Shown one piece after another: positions 55,813-64,000 of a stretch of DNA of 64,000 bases. The DNA lies in assembly GCA_964635905.1 (NCBI GenBank), contig CAZWPK010000001.1:224293-288292 (forward strand). The letters run 5' to 3'. Position numbers and translations under genes: made by a program. Each line of letters starts with the position of its first letter. Position 1 is the stretch's first letter. The notes under the pieces were generated by a model. That model saw only the letters and a list, made by a program, of their open reading frames with translations. It was not told the origin of the DNA and did no database searches. The stretch comes from an uncultured Pseudomonadales bacterium. GTDB lineage: Bacteria; Patescibacteriota; Microgenomatia; UBA1400; UBA12028.

Positions 55813-56736
55813 ATGACTACCACAAAACAGACAACCATTCCGGCATTCATTGGAACACTTTGTATTCTTGCATCGGCTCTGGCCTTTGGTTCCTATGGAG
55901 TCTTTTCGCGGTACTTAGGTGCGTACGATATTTTCTTCCAGACATACGTCCGTTGTTTTTTGGTTGCTCTTGTTCTAGGTGGATATGGACTGCTGACCCA
56001 CCAATTTAAGAAGATCCAGCCTAAAGACTATGGTTGGTTTGCAGTCGTGCTCGTCTTTACCTCATTCTCCATCGCTCCGATTACGTATTCCTATCGTTTT
56101 CTAACTTTGGGGACAGCCGCGTTTCTGTTTTATAGTTCGGTAACGGTATTTACCTATCTCTTTGGTTTCCTCTTTTTTAAAGAAAAATGGACACCTGTCA
56201 AACTAATTTCTCTGGGACTATCTTTAGTGGGAATGCTTCTTATTTTCTCGTTACAGTTAACTGCGCTACTTTTGGTTCCTGCAGTACTAGCAATCTTTAC
56301 AGGGCTAGCAACCAGTGGGGAAGTGACGTTCTCAAAAAAGATCTCGGGTATGTACTCTAGTACGCAGATTACCTTTTTGGTATTTGCTGTGATTGGAGTC
56401 AGTCACTTGATTCTTTCACTGTTGTTAGGCGAGAATCAAAATATTGGGATTGTTTCCCACTCGCTCCCCGTGCTCTTGTTATTTGTCTTTGCCGCTATTG
56501 TAGGAATGATAAGTGTGGTCGAAGGATTTAAACGCGTCGAACCTAGTATCGGAGCGGTGTTAGGGTTAACGGAGATTGTGTTTAGTGTTGTCCTAGGAAT
56601 TGTCTTGTTTTCGGAGAGCCTCTCAAGCGGAACAATCCTAGGAGGAGCACTCATTCTTATTGCGGCCCTGCTTCCAAACATTGCGCCTCTCCAACGGTAT
56701 TGGGCACGTCGATCACAGCTAAACGCCTCAGTGTAA
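55813..56736 (+). CDS. EamA/DMT-family transporter
   Basis: 307 aa with about 10 TM helices in a duplicated 5+5 arrangement. Confidence 0.55.
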   Translation: MTTTKQTTIPAFIGTLCILASALAFGSYGVFSRYLGAYDIFFQTYVRCFLVALVLGGYGLLTHQFKKIQPKDYGWFAVVLVFTSFSIAPITYSYRFLTLGTAAFLFYSSVTVFTYLFGFLFFKEKWTPVKLISLGLSLVGMLLIFSLQLTALLLVPAVLAIFTGLATSGEVTFSKKISGMYSSTQITFLVFAVIGVSHLILSLLLGENQNIGIVSHSLPVLLLFVFAAIVGMISVVEGFKRVEPSIGAVLGLTEIVFSVVLGIVLFSESLSSGTILGGALILIAALLPNIAPLQRYWARRSQLNASV

Positions 56737-56738
56737 AG

Positions 56739-57197
56739 ATGGTACAATCTTCCCACCGTATGATTACTGTCTTCCTCTCTGTTGGATCCCGCTATCCAGT
56801 CGATCGAAAAAAAATTCGAGAGCATGTCAAACAAGTTCTTCTCTCAGAGAAAGTTTTTGACGCCACTATCTCTATCAGTATCGTTGGCGAACGAAAGATT
56901 AAATACCTCAATGAGCGCCTGATTAAGCATGAAGGGGTAACCGACGTGCTTTCCTTTCCCCAATACGATAAAGGTTCAGATCTTGATTTTGAATCCACAT
57001 TAGATCCGACTCCACAACTCAATGAGATCGGTGCCTTTGTGCTTCCTCCCACGCCAACACGAAACCTGGGAGATATTGTTGTCTGTTTTCCCGAAGTCGT
57101 CCGCCAAGCCATGAAGAAGGGGAAGATGGTCGATGACCATATCTGCTTTCTCATTGAACATGGAATCCATCATCTCCTGGGGCATCATCACGAATAA
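56739..57197 (+). CDS. ybeY: rRNA maturation endoribonuclease YbeY
   Basis: C-terminal HGIHHLLGHHH matches the YbeY H..LHL.G.DH zinc motif. Confidence 0.7.
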   Translation: MVQSSHRMITVFLSVGSRYPVDRKKIREHVKQVLLSEKVFDATISISIVGERKIKYLNERLIKHEGVTDVLSFPQYDKGSDLDFESTLDPTPQLNEIGAFVLPPTPTRNLGDIVVCFPEVVRQAMKKGKMVDDHICFLIEHGIHHLLGHHHE

Positions 57198-57253
57198 GAG
57201 GTCAGAGTCGCAAAAGTGTGCAAATGAGACTACCTAATAGGAATTACCCTGTT

Positions 57254-59188
57254 CTAAGTTGCTTGATTCTCTGATTTTATAGTCACAAACAATTTCTGAA
57301 CGCTATCCTTCATCGCAGTATAGTCTCGGACATTTGCTTCAGTTTTATCTGTCGGAGTCGAAATGCTATCAGTATGATACTCTCGGATTTTGTTTCGGAT
57401 TACAGCTAACAGCGTATCTCGAATATCAATATTTCTAGCCAAAACTTCTTGAATGTCTGCCGCAATTCCAAGTGTTGATAGATAGGACTCAATCAGTGGA
57501 ATATTTTGCGCTTGAATCACAAATCCCTGTTCTGCAACCCGATCAATGAATTGCTGATCTAGTGGCGTGAGTGATCCTTCAAACCCTGCCACAGTTCGTT
57601 GTAGATAGCGCATCATTTCTTCCAGCTCACGCATTTGCTTTGCCAGTGGACTATTCTCCCCCAATCGTTTTCGAAACGCTTCTCTTTGCGCAAGTATTGG
57701 ACTATCTGCCAATGGGGCGAGGTAGTTAAAAGTATCGTTAGGATTTCTACCAACCTCATGCACGAATAAATAGCCTTCTGTATTAAATCCACCAAGATAG
57801 AAAAGTCGACGTTGGGCAGTTTGAATTTCAGGTAAGTAGGCAGCTCTGTAGCTTGGAACTTTCGCTAACGCATCAAAAAAACGTTGTAACAAGAAAACAT
57901 GTTCAGTATTGATAGGGAAATCGGGTTCTTTTGAGATTGTAGGATCTAAGGCAGAGCGAAGAAGCATTTCAGGAGATAGTTGAAACTGTGTAGAAAGCAA
58001 GGCGAGTCCGCGCAACTTTTCCGTGAAATTTAATCCTTTATCCCAGAAACCGTCAGGAAGTCTTGTGGAATCTTGTGATAACTGATCAAAGAAGGTAAGT
58101 AGCATTCGATAGTTCTCTTTTTTATCCGTTAAGAGAGCCTCAAGTCGAGTGCGCTCCCTGATTTGATCCTCTTTTGGTAGTTGGTTAATTCGATCTAACA
58201 GATGGAGAATGGCGACAGAATCCACACTGATCTTTCTATCTGGATGACGAAAATCAAACTTCTCTTCCATTCGCTCCAAAATCTTTCTCGGTTCTTCATC
58301 ACGCTCAAATGGAGCATCAAGCGTGAAAATATTCAATGAGATGTGTAACTTAAGACTCAGTAACAAGGGATGATCGGGCGGCAGCGTGTCAGTGAGGTAC
58401 GCAAGAACGTTCTTTCTTTGAATGGGAGATAACGATCGCACCAGAGTTTCGAGGGAATGTCCGATCGCGGGCCAGGAGTCGTCAGAGTTTTGATGCGGAG
58501 CTGGTATAACTTCCGTATAGAGCGTATACAGCGTTAAGATTTTTTCAGGCGAAAGCACGTGGAGAACTGATGTTGGAATCTCAAATGAGTGGGCGGTCTT
58601 GAAGAGGTTTTGCACACTGGCAACATCATCAGCCAGTAAAGCGATTCCAATATACAAACCACGGCGTCTCTTTTCTGAGAGGTCCTCATACTGACCTTGT
58701 TCAAATTTTACAAACGGACGAATCTGAGCAAGTTTCTGCTGAATAGGCAAATTGTCGCTGATCGCCAATAACGAACCGAGTATTTCCTCTGCGCCTGCCG
58801 GATAATATCCCTTCAAATTGATCGGTAATTCATCGGTTAGCCCCTGATTAGCAACAGCAATGATTTCTGGGTCTGATGCAATGCCTGCCTCAATCGCTGC
58901 TAGGACGGTCTTCTTATTGATTGCATATCCTTTTGCAGTGGCGATTGTAAGATCATGTTCCAGCGCAAGTGCAGGATCGACTGGAAGGGGATACTCATGA
59001 ACGTCTAAAGGAAACGTCCGTTCGTTAGACTCAACATTGCCTACTGTGTTCTGGGATTGTACATCTTCTCGAAAATTTCGCTTAAATAATTTTCCAAGTC
59101 GTTCTCTCCACCCTGCTTTTTCTGGTTTTTCAGATGATTCTTTACCTTGGTGTGTTTCCATAACGTAGGTGCAACAAGAATAGATCAA
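57254..59188 (-). CDS. hypothetical protein (644 aa, no recognisable domain)
   Basis: Long uninterrupted ORF with typical coding composition. Confidence 0.5.
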   Translation of the reverse strand: MIYSCCTYVMETHQGKESSEKPEKAGWRERLGKLFKRNFREDVQSQNTVGNVESNERTFPLDVHEYPLPVDPALALEHDLTIATAKGYAINKKTVLAAIEAGIASDPEIIAVANQGLTDELPINLKGYYPAGAEEILGSLLAISDNLPIQQKLAQIRPFVKFEQGQYEDLSEKRRRGLYIGIALLADDVASVQNLFKTAHSFEIPTSVLHVLSPEKILTLYTLYTEVIPAPHQNSDDSWPAIGHSLETLVRSLSPIQRKNVLAYLTDTLPPDHPLLLSLKLHISLNIFTLDAPFERDEEPRKILERMEEKFDFRHPDRKISVDSVAILHLLDRINQLPKEDQIRERTRLEALLTDKKENYRMLLTFFDQLSQDSTRLPDGFWDKGLNFTEKLRGLALLSTQFQLSPEMLLRSALDPTISKEPDFPINTEHVFLLQRFFDALAKVPSYRAAYLPEIQTAQRRLFYLGGFNTEGYLFVHEVGRNPNDTFNYLAPLADSPILAQREAFRKRLGENSPLAKQMRELEEMMRYLQRTVAGFEGSLTPLDQQFIDRVAEQGFVIQAQNIPLIESYLSTLGIAADIQEVLARNIDIRDTLLAVIRNKIREYHTDSISTPTDKTEANVRDYTAMKDSVQKLFVTIKSENQAT

Positions 59189-59284
59189 CTACTTACGCAT
59201 TCCATCCTACATCAACGGACTCTTCTTTGGAAGACTTTGTCGTGGTAATGGCATCCGAGCCTACCTAGTACTCTTGCTTTTTTT

Positions 59285-59293
59285 TGGTACACT
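59285..59293 (+). promoter_or_regulatory. Extended -10 promoter (TGGTACACT) positioned for a leaderless dnaX mRNA
   Basis: The -10 hexamer ends 6 nt before ATG 59300, and there is no SD sequence. Confidence 0.4.
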
Positions 59294-59299
59294 GAGCCC

Positions 59300-60907
59300 A
59301 TGAGCTGGTATCGAACCTATCGACCCCAACGCTTCTCCGACTTACATAGTACTTCTGTCCGACAAGCGTATCTTCGTCTTTTGGAATCCGGATCCTTTTC
59401 CCATGCCTATCTGCTCACTGGTCCCAAAGGAACAGGGAAGACGAGTGGAGCCCGAATTCTTTCAAAGATGCTCAACTGCGATGCGAACAAAGAAGCGGTT
59501 CTCCAGAGCATGGATCCGACAACAGGAAGCAAAAAAAAGAGTGTCACTTTTACGGAACCCTGTAACAGCTGTTCTTCCTGTCTTGCCATCACCAAAGGCA
59601 CCAGTATGTCGGTCCTGGAAATGGATGCTGCAAGTAACCGTGGGATCGATGATATTCGGGCACTGCGGGAACGCATCGGGCTTTCTCCCGCGGATGGGCA
59701 GGTAGCAGTGTATATTATCGATGAAGTCCACATGCTTACTACGGAGGCCTTTAATGCCCTCTTAAAAGTCTTGGAAGAACCTCCAGCCCATGTCGTCTTC
59801 ATCCTTGCAACCACCGACCCACAAAAAATCCCAGCTACCGTCATTTCTCGTTGTACTCAAATTGGGTATACCAAAGCGAGTGCCTCTGAGATTGCCCAAG
59901 CACTGGAACAGGTGGCAACCAAAGAATCACTGGTCGCTGATCCCGAGGTTCTGATCCGCATTGCAAAACTTGCCGACGGAAGTTTTCGCGATGCCGTCAA
60001 ACTCTTGGAATCCGTCGGGGTAGGGAAAAAAACGCTCGGGATTGCAGAGCTGGAAGCAGTGATCGGCACAGGATCTACTTCTCAGGTTTCTGCTCTACTG
60101 AACGCGCTCATCGCCAAAGACAGTGCGCAGGTGAGTGCCGTGTTTGAGTCCCTGCAATCGGAAGGTCGACAAGGGGCAAGTTTTCAGGTGGAGGTTATCA
60201 CAACGCTCCATGCTCGATTGCTTGAATATGCGAAAACCGGGGATAAGCGTCTAGCCACGGTTGTGGCGCTAGTTAAACAGGTAGCAGTGCCCTTAGAACC
60301 CAGTCTTCCCATTCCTTGGATTGGCTTTGAGTTAGCGTGTGTAGAGTGGACGTTATCCGGAACAACGTCGATGACATCACTCCCACCGCCCGTATCCCTA
60401 CCCACAGCAAATGCTACAACCTCGACACCTTCGAATGCTCCGGTAAAGTCCCCAACCAGCACGAAGAAAAAAGAGAGTATTCCACCAGTAGTTGTAGTAC
60501 CAAAACCCGTAGCGGAAACCCAAATTGCTCCAGAGGTAATTCCCATCGATTCTGTAGTGAGTGTGGTAGACTTTTCTCTCATCGAGACCAAATGGATAAC
60601 GATCCTTCAGAATGTGAAAATAAAAAGTAATTCTGTGGAAGGGTTACTTCGTGCTACACGTCCAAAAGCGATTACGAATAACAAACTCATTATTGAAGCG
60701 GGGTATCAATTTCATAAGGAACAATTAGAGGTAGAACGCAATCGGCATGTAATTGAAACAGTTCTAGAATCGATCTGTGGTTCACCACTCCAAGTTGAAT
60801 TCGTGGTTGGAATAAAAACCACAGTACTCAACTCACCGCATAATAATGTTTCGGGAGCAGTGGCGGATGATTCCTTAGTAAAAGCGGCTGCAGAGGCTTT
60901 TGCGTAG
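59300..60907 (+). CDS. dnaX: DNA polymerase III subunit gamma/tau
   Basis: Walker A GPKGTGKTS, a zinc module CNSCSSC, and clamp-loader AAA+ boxes. Confidence 0.85.
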   Translation: MSWYRTYRPQRFSDLHSTSVRQAYLRLLESGSFSHAYLLTGPKGTGKTSGARILSKMLNCDANKEAVLQSMDPTTGSKKKSVTFTEPCNSCSSCLAITKGTSMSVLEMDAASNRGIDDIRALRERIGLSPADGQVAVYIIDEVHMLTTEAFNALLKVLEEPPAHVVFILATTDPQKIPATVISRCTQIGYTKASASEIAQALEQVATKESLVADPEVLIRIAKLADGSFRDAVKLLESVGVGKKTLGIAELEAVIGTGSTSQVSALLNALIAKDSAQVSAVFESLQSEGRQGASFQVEVITTLHARLLEYAKTGDKRLATVVALVKQVAVPLEPSLPIPWIGFELACVEWTLSGTTSMTSLPPPVSLPTANATTSTPSNAPVKSPTSTKKKESIPPVVVVPKPVAETQIAPEVIPIDSVVSVVDFSLIETKWITILQNVKIKSNSVEGLLRATRPKAITNNKLIIEAGYQFHKEQLEVERNRHVIETVLESICGSPLQVEFVVGIKTTVLNSPHNNVSGAVADDSLVKAAAEAFA

Positions 60908-60966
60908 ATGTGAATGTGTCTTATCTGTTCAGTGTCGAAAAATAGTATTCGTTCTTTGTTCTATCT

Positions 60967-62310
60967 ATGCGCTGGTCAATCGAAAAAATGACTTACAACG
61001 AACCACGACAAGAGTTGCCCTCTGAAGTATTTCAAGATGTAATTGTATTAAAGAGAACATTCTTTCAACGAATTTCAAGGCCTGGCTGGATACTTCAATG
61101 GCAGAAGATCAGCGATAGGCAACGGCAGAACGATTTTAAAGAAACACAAATCGAGCACACCACTCACCATGATTTAGCTGGTTCCCACTATCTAAATACA
61201 TTGTCACCAATCACTGGGATTGCGGAAAAAAGCGGAAACATCTTGGATACGGATGCCGTGTACTACTTCTCCTTTATTTGTTTTCCATATGCGGATTTAT
61301 CTTCGACTGATGCCTCCACTTTCTTAGACTATGCGTTATCTCAGGAGTTTGGGTCAACAGTAGCTGGTCAGCAGCTATTGGAACTACAACAACGATTATC
61401 TTATAATGTGCACTGGTCTCTCCAACTACCGCGTGTTTCGACTGAGGAAATTGAAGCCTGGGGACCAGGTGTGGTGCCGTTTATTCAAAGCTTAGGCTTA
61501 GAACCATACTGGAGGAGTCATCCTTCTTTAGAGCATTGGAAAAAAGCGCTCGTGCCAATCTGTGATTTCTTAGAAAGACTTGAAGCATTTTGTTATGCAA
61601 CGTTTGTTATGGATACGGTCTCAAGGGACATCACGAACTTGATTCCGTCTTGGAAAAAACTGAATGAACGAACTAAAAAGCATTTGATCGTTCATATCCA
61701 CAACTATAGCTCAATAGTGCAGGATAAGCTCATTCCTGGAGATTTTCATCACCTTATCATCAACATTCAGGATCATTTACCAGAGCCAGCTGAATTTTCT
61801 TCAGATTATTTGACGTTTAGTCATGAGTACGCCCATGCCATCGTGCAAGAATTTTTCTTTTCGACGACCAAACAATTGGATCACATTCAAAACCCTCAAT
61901 TGATCGGGATGATTCATGAGGCAATTGCGATCACAGTGGAACAGGCATTCATTCAACTCTATGCACTGGATCCACACGAAAAATCGTTTCTTAACTGGGC
62001 ATCAGACAGAACATCGGACACAAAAACCGTATTGCAGGGACGCAGAGATCGCGATCTAAACGACTATCCTTTCGAGCCAAAGATCACTCACTATACAGAA
62101 GGAGTTCGCCTCGCACGGAAGCTGCAAGCAAAAGGATGGAGAGTCGAAGATATACCTGTTCTCTTGGAGCGAATTCGAAACATCTTTTTTAAGGTCATGC
62201 AAACGAAGGACGTTTATGCAATGTATTCTGTTGGACTGACGTTTGATCCGGCATCAGCCTATCAAAAAATCATTCGTACCTTGTTGGAGGAGCAACCACC
62301 CAAACAATGA
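60967..62310 (+). CDS. hypothetical protein with HExxH motif (possible divergent metallopeptidase-like)
   Basis: 447 aa containing SHEYAHAIVQEF (HExxH), inserted between dnaX and ybaB. Confidence 0.5.
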   Translation: MRWSIEKMTYNEPRQELPSEVFQDVIVLKRTFFQRISRPGWILQWQKISDRQRQNDFKETQIEHTTHHDLAGSHYLNTLSPITGIAEKSGNILDTDAVYYFSFICFPYADLSSTDASTFLDYALSQEFGSTVAGQQLLELQQRLSYNVHWSLQLPRVSTEEIEAWGPGVVPFIQSLGLEPYWRSHPSLEHWKKALVPICDFLERLEAFCYATFVMDTVSRDITNLIPSWKKLNERTKKHLIVHIHNYSSIVQDKLIPGDFHHLIINIQDHLPEPAEFSSDYLTFSHEYAHAIVQEFFFSTTKQLDHIQNPQLIGMIHEAIAITVEQAFIQLYALDPHEKSFLNWASDRTSDTKTVLQGRRDRDLNDYPFEPKITHYTEGVRLARKLQAKGWRVEDIPVLLERIRNIFFKVMQTKDVYAMYSVGLTFDPASAYQKIIRTLLEEQPPKQ

Positions 62311-62382
62311 ATACATCGTAGTCTCACTCACAGAGTTTCTCGGTTAAACAAGTTATCTTAGTTTGGATCATTCATGATAAAA

Positions 62383-62391
62383 TAAGCAAGA
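62383..62391 (+). promoter_or_regulatory. Extended -10 promoter (TGATAAAAT) for ybaB
   Basis: It lies 32 nt upstream of the ybaB ATG, with a GAGAAGGAG SD between. Confidence 0.35.
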
Positions 62392-62423
62392 TTCTACACA
62401 GTAGAAAATGAGAAGGAGCACAC

Positions 62424-62705
62424 ATGGCAAACCCATTACAAAAACTCGGTGACTTAAACCAATTGCGTCAGCAAGCAATGCAAATGCAGCAACAATTGGC
62501 TGCCGAAGAAATTGAAGTCGTCAAAGGTGATATCCGTGTGGTGATCACTGGCGATCAGAAAATAAAGGTCTTTACCGTGCAAGGAATTACCTCCCAACAA
62601 GCAATTGATGCACTCAATGAAGCAGTCAAGAAATCGCAAGAATTAGCAGCACGTAAGCTACAGCAGATGAGTGGTGGTTTGGGTGGGTTATTGGGAGGAA
62701 AATAA
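62424..62705 (+). CDS. ybaB: Nucleoid-associated protein YbaB/EbfC
   Basis: 93 aa with a Q-rich helix, typical of YbaB/EbfC. Confidence 0.8.
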   Translation: MANPLQKLGDLNQLRQQAMQMQQQLAAEEIEVVKGDIRVVITGDQKIKVFTVQGITSQQAIDALNEAVKKSQELAARKLQQMSGGLGGLLGGK

Positions 62706-62736
62706 TCGTTCTTTCCTACTTTTATCGACAAGACTA

Positions 62737-62764
62737 ACGCAGCTCTAACCAGGCTGCGTTTTTA
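62737..62764 (+). terminator. Intrinsic terminator
   Basis: AACGCAGC-tctaaccag-GCTGCGTT followed by a T-run. Confidence 0.5.
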
Positions 62765-62799
62765 ATTGTAAGGGAATGTCTCGTAACCGTCACCCTACA

Positions 62800-63474
62800 T
62801 TAGGGGATGGGGGTAGCGGTCAACTTTAAGCTATAGACTTTGCGTGCACTAGCTGTAGCGCCAGTTGTTTCCGGCAGGATGACAATTAGCGGATCGGTTG
62901 CCTGTATTGTGGCTTTATTAATTCTTTCGCCCAAGATGTTGACAAACTGGGTGGCGCTCGTAATAGGAACATCAAGATTTTGTCCGCCATTTTCTCCCAG
63001 TGATCGTGCTTTCAAGAGTCGTGTAGTGGAGGAATTAAAGGAGAGCCAGATTGCTTTGCGTTTGGTTGGGAAAATCGATTCGTCGGAGACGATGACACGT
63101 TTTCCGACATAGGTTTCACTGTCATCCATGCTGCCTAAGACCATGACGGGGGAATTCAATTCTACCTCTTCTTTTTGGATTGGCTTATTGGCTTTGAGAA
63201 ACACCACATCTTTTGCTAGTTCCACAACGCGCATGGGGCCAGCATAGCTTTTGATTTGCAGACTGGATCCCACACTTTTCTCCAGCGTACCCACAATTGC
63301 AAAGGTTTTAAGCTCGGTAGAGGTACCGGCAACTTTACTTCCGGATTCAATCACGCGCTGCACGTGTTCTTTAATCGTATTGGTTACTTCTTCATCAATG
63401 GAGGTTTGTGCAGCGACTGGCATCGGAAAGACTAGCGCGATGGTGAGTAGGAAAAAAAGAATGCGTGTGTTCAT
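62800..63474 (-). CDS. hypothetical secreted protein (possible SAF/CpaB-like)
   Basis: Start taken at MNTRILFFLLTIALVFPMPVAAQT (signal peptide), which removes the overlap with the upstream gene. The fold assignment is weak. Confidence 0.45.
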   Translation of the reverse strand: MNTRILFFLLTIALVFPMPVAAQTSIDEEVTNTIKEHVQRVIESGSKVAGTSTELKTFAIVGTLEKSVGSSLQIKSYAGPMRVVELAKDVVFLKANKPIQKEEVELNSPVMVLGSMDDSETYVGKRVIVSDESIFPTKRKAIWLSFNSSTTRLLKARSLGENGGQNLDVPITSATQFVNILGERINKATIQATDPLIVILPETTGATASARKVYSLKLTATPIP

Positions 63475-63478
63475 AGTG

Positions 63479-63985
63479 TTATGGTCTTGCGGTCGGACTT
63501 GGTGATGGTTTTGTGGTTGCACTCGTTGTTGCTTGACCGGGTAGGCTGAAATCTTCTCGGGCATAGACGACGGTACGCGTTGTTTCTACGGAGTTTTGTC
63601 CCGCAAGCATGGCTTTGATGGTAAAAATGTTTGCTCCAGAGGAAAGTGTCGCTTGTGCAGAGAAATTACCTTGTTTATCAGAAAAAACGATGATTTCTTT
63701 CTCATTGTGTAAAATGACGACTGGGATCTCTGCTTGCGTAGCACCGGTGATATTGAGGGTGGGAGTAAACACGAGTGCATCCTGAGTAGGAGAACTCACC
63801 GTAAGTCCGGATTGTGAGGGTGCGCTCGTCTGGGTAGGGATGTTTGCCGCAGGGGAGGCTAACACTTGAAAGGTAGCTTCAGGATTTGCCGTCTGCACTG
63901 CTTGGCGTGCACGATACATCCCGACGGTGATGATCAATCCACCAACCAGCCCTAAGATAACAGCGATTAAAACTTCCTTTTTCAT
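63479..63985 (-). CDS. hypothetical membrane-anchored secreted protein
   Basis: N-terminal TM MKKEVLIAVILGLVGGLIITVGM, Ser/Thr/Pro-rich, 168 aa. Confidence 0.45.
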   Translation of the reverse strand: MKKEVLIAVILGLVGGLIITVGMYRARQAVQTANPEATFQVLASPAANIPTQTSAPSQSGLTVSSPTQDALVFTPTLNITGATQAEIPVVILHNEKEIIVFSDKQGNFSAQATLSSGANIFTIKAMLAGQNSVETTRTVVYAREDFSLPGQATTSATTKPSPSPTARP

Positions 63986-64000
63986 ACAGCGTAGAGCTAT

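Noticed and set aside
1-64000. Search for tRNA/rRNA genes, CRISPR arrays, IS elements and integrases
   Set aside because: No GTTCGAATC-type T-arm signatures or cloverleaf candidates were found in the intergenic regions. There are no regularly spaced direct repeats and no transposase or integrase-like ORFs.

Overview
This 64-kb window looks like a bacterial chromosomal segment with roughly 48% GC and tightly packed genes. About half the genes can be assigned a function. There is an unusual concentration of nucleotide and one-carbon metabolism genes: a ThyA-family fragment, tmk, a pyrimidine block (amidohydrolase, pyrD-like, pyrE, pyrF), a PNP-family phosphorylase, glyA, folD, prs, rdgB, HD and HIT hydrolases. 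Around them sit core information and envelope genes (rpsB, tsf, frr, rseP, secDF, proS, rpsU, ybeY, dnaX, ybaB, lepB, nth, nfo). There is a complete Type I R-M operon (hsdMSR), a class II Fic gene, and a wHTH-nucleotidyltransferase module. A cluster of large Cys-rich secreted proteins includes two that share a paralogous C-terminal domain of about 315 aa. Envelope markers (SH3b, LytR_C, DUF3048), T-box regulation, the short 150-aa EF-Ts and many lineage-specific proteins suggest a small-genome monoderm (Terrabacteria or CPR-like) bacterium, but I cannot place it confidently. I found no rRNA, tRNA, CRISPR array or transposase. The most concrete non-coding finding is a T-box leader in front of a small ORF and proS. 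Its 12-nt core GGTGGTACCGCG is an exact match and a CCC-A specifier-like loop fits proline. Several other units of uncharacterised genes are preceded by an extended -10 promoter (TGnTATACT), a structured leader and an intrinsic terminator. Other points of interest are an ArgG fused to a C-terminal MGS-like domain, an RDD domain fused to signal peptidase I, a leaderless dnaX, and a cluster of long perfect inverted repeats at 37.3 kb. Recognition of domains and homology is from reading the translations and known motifs, not from database searches.
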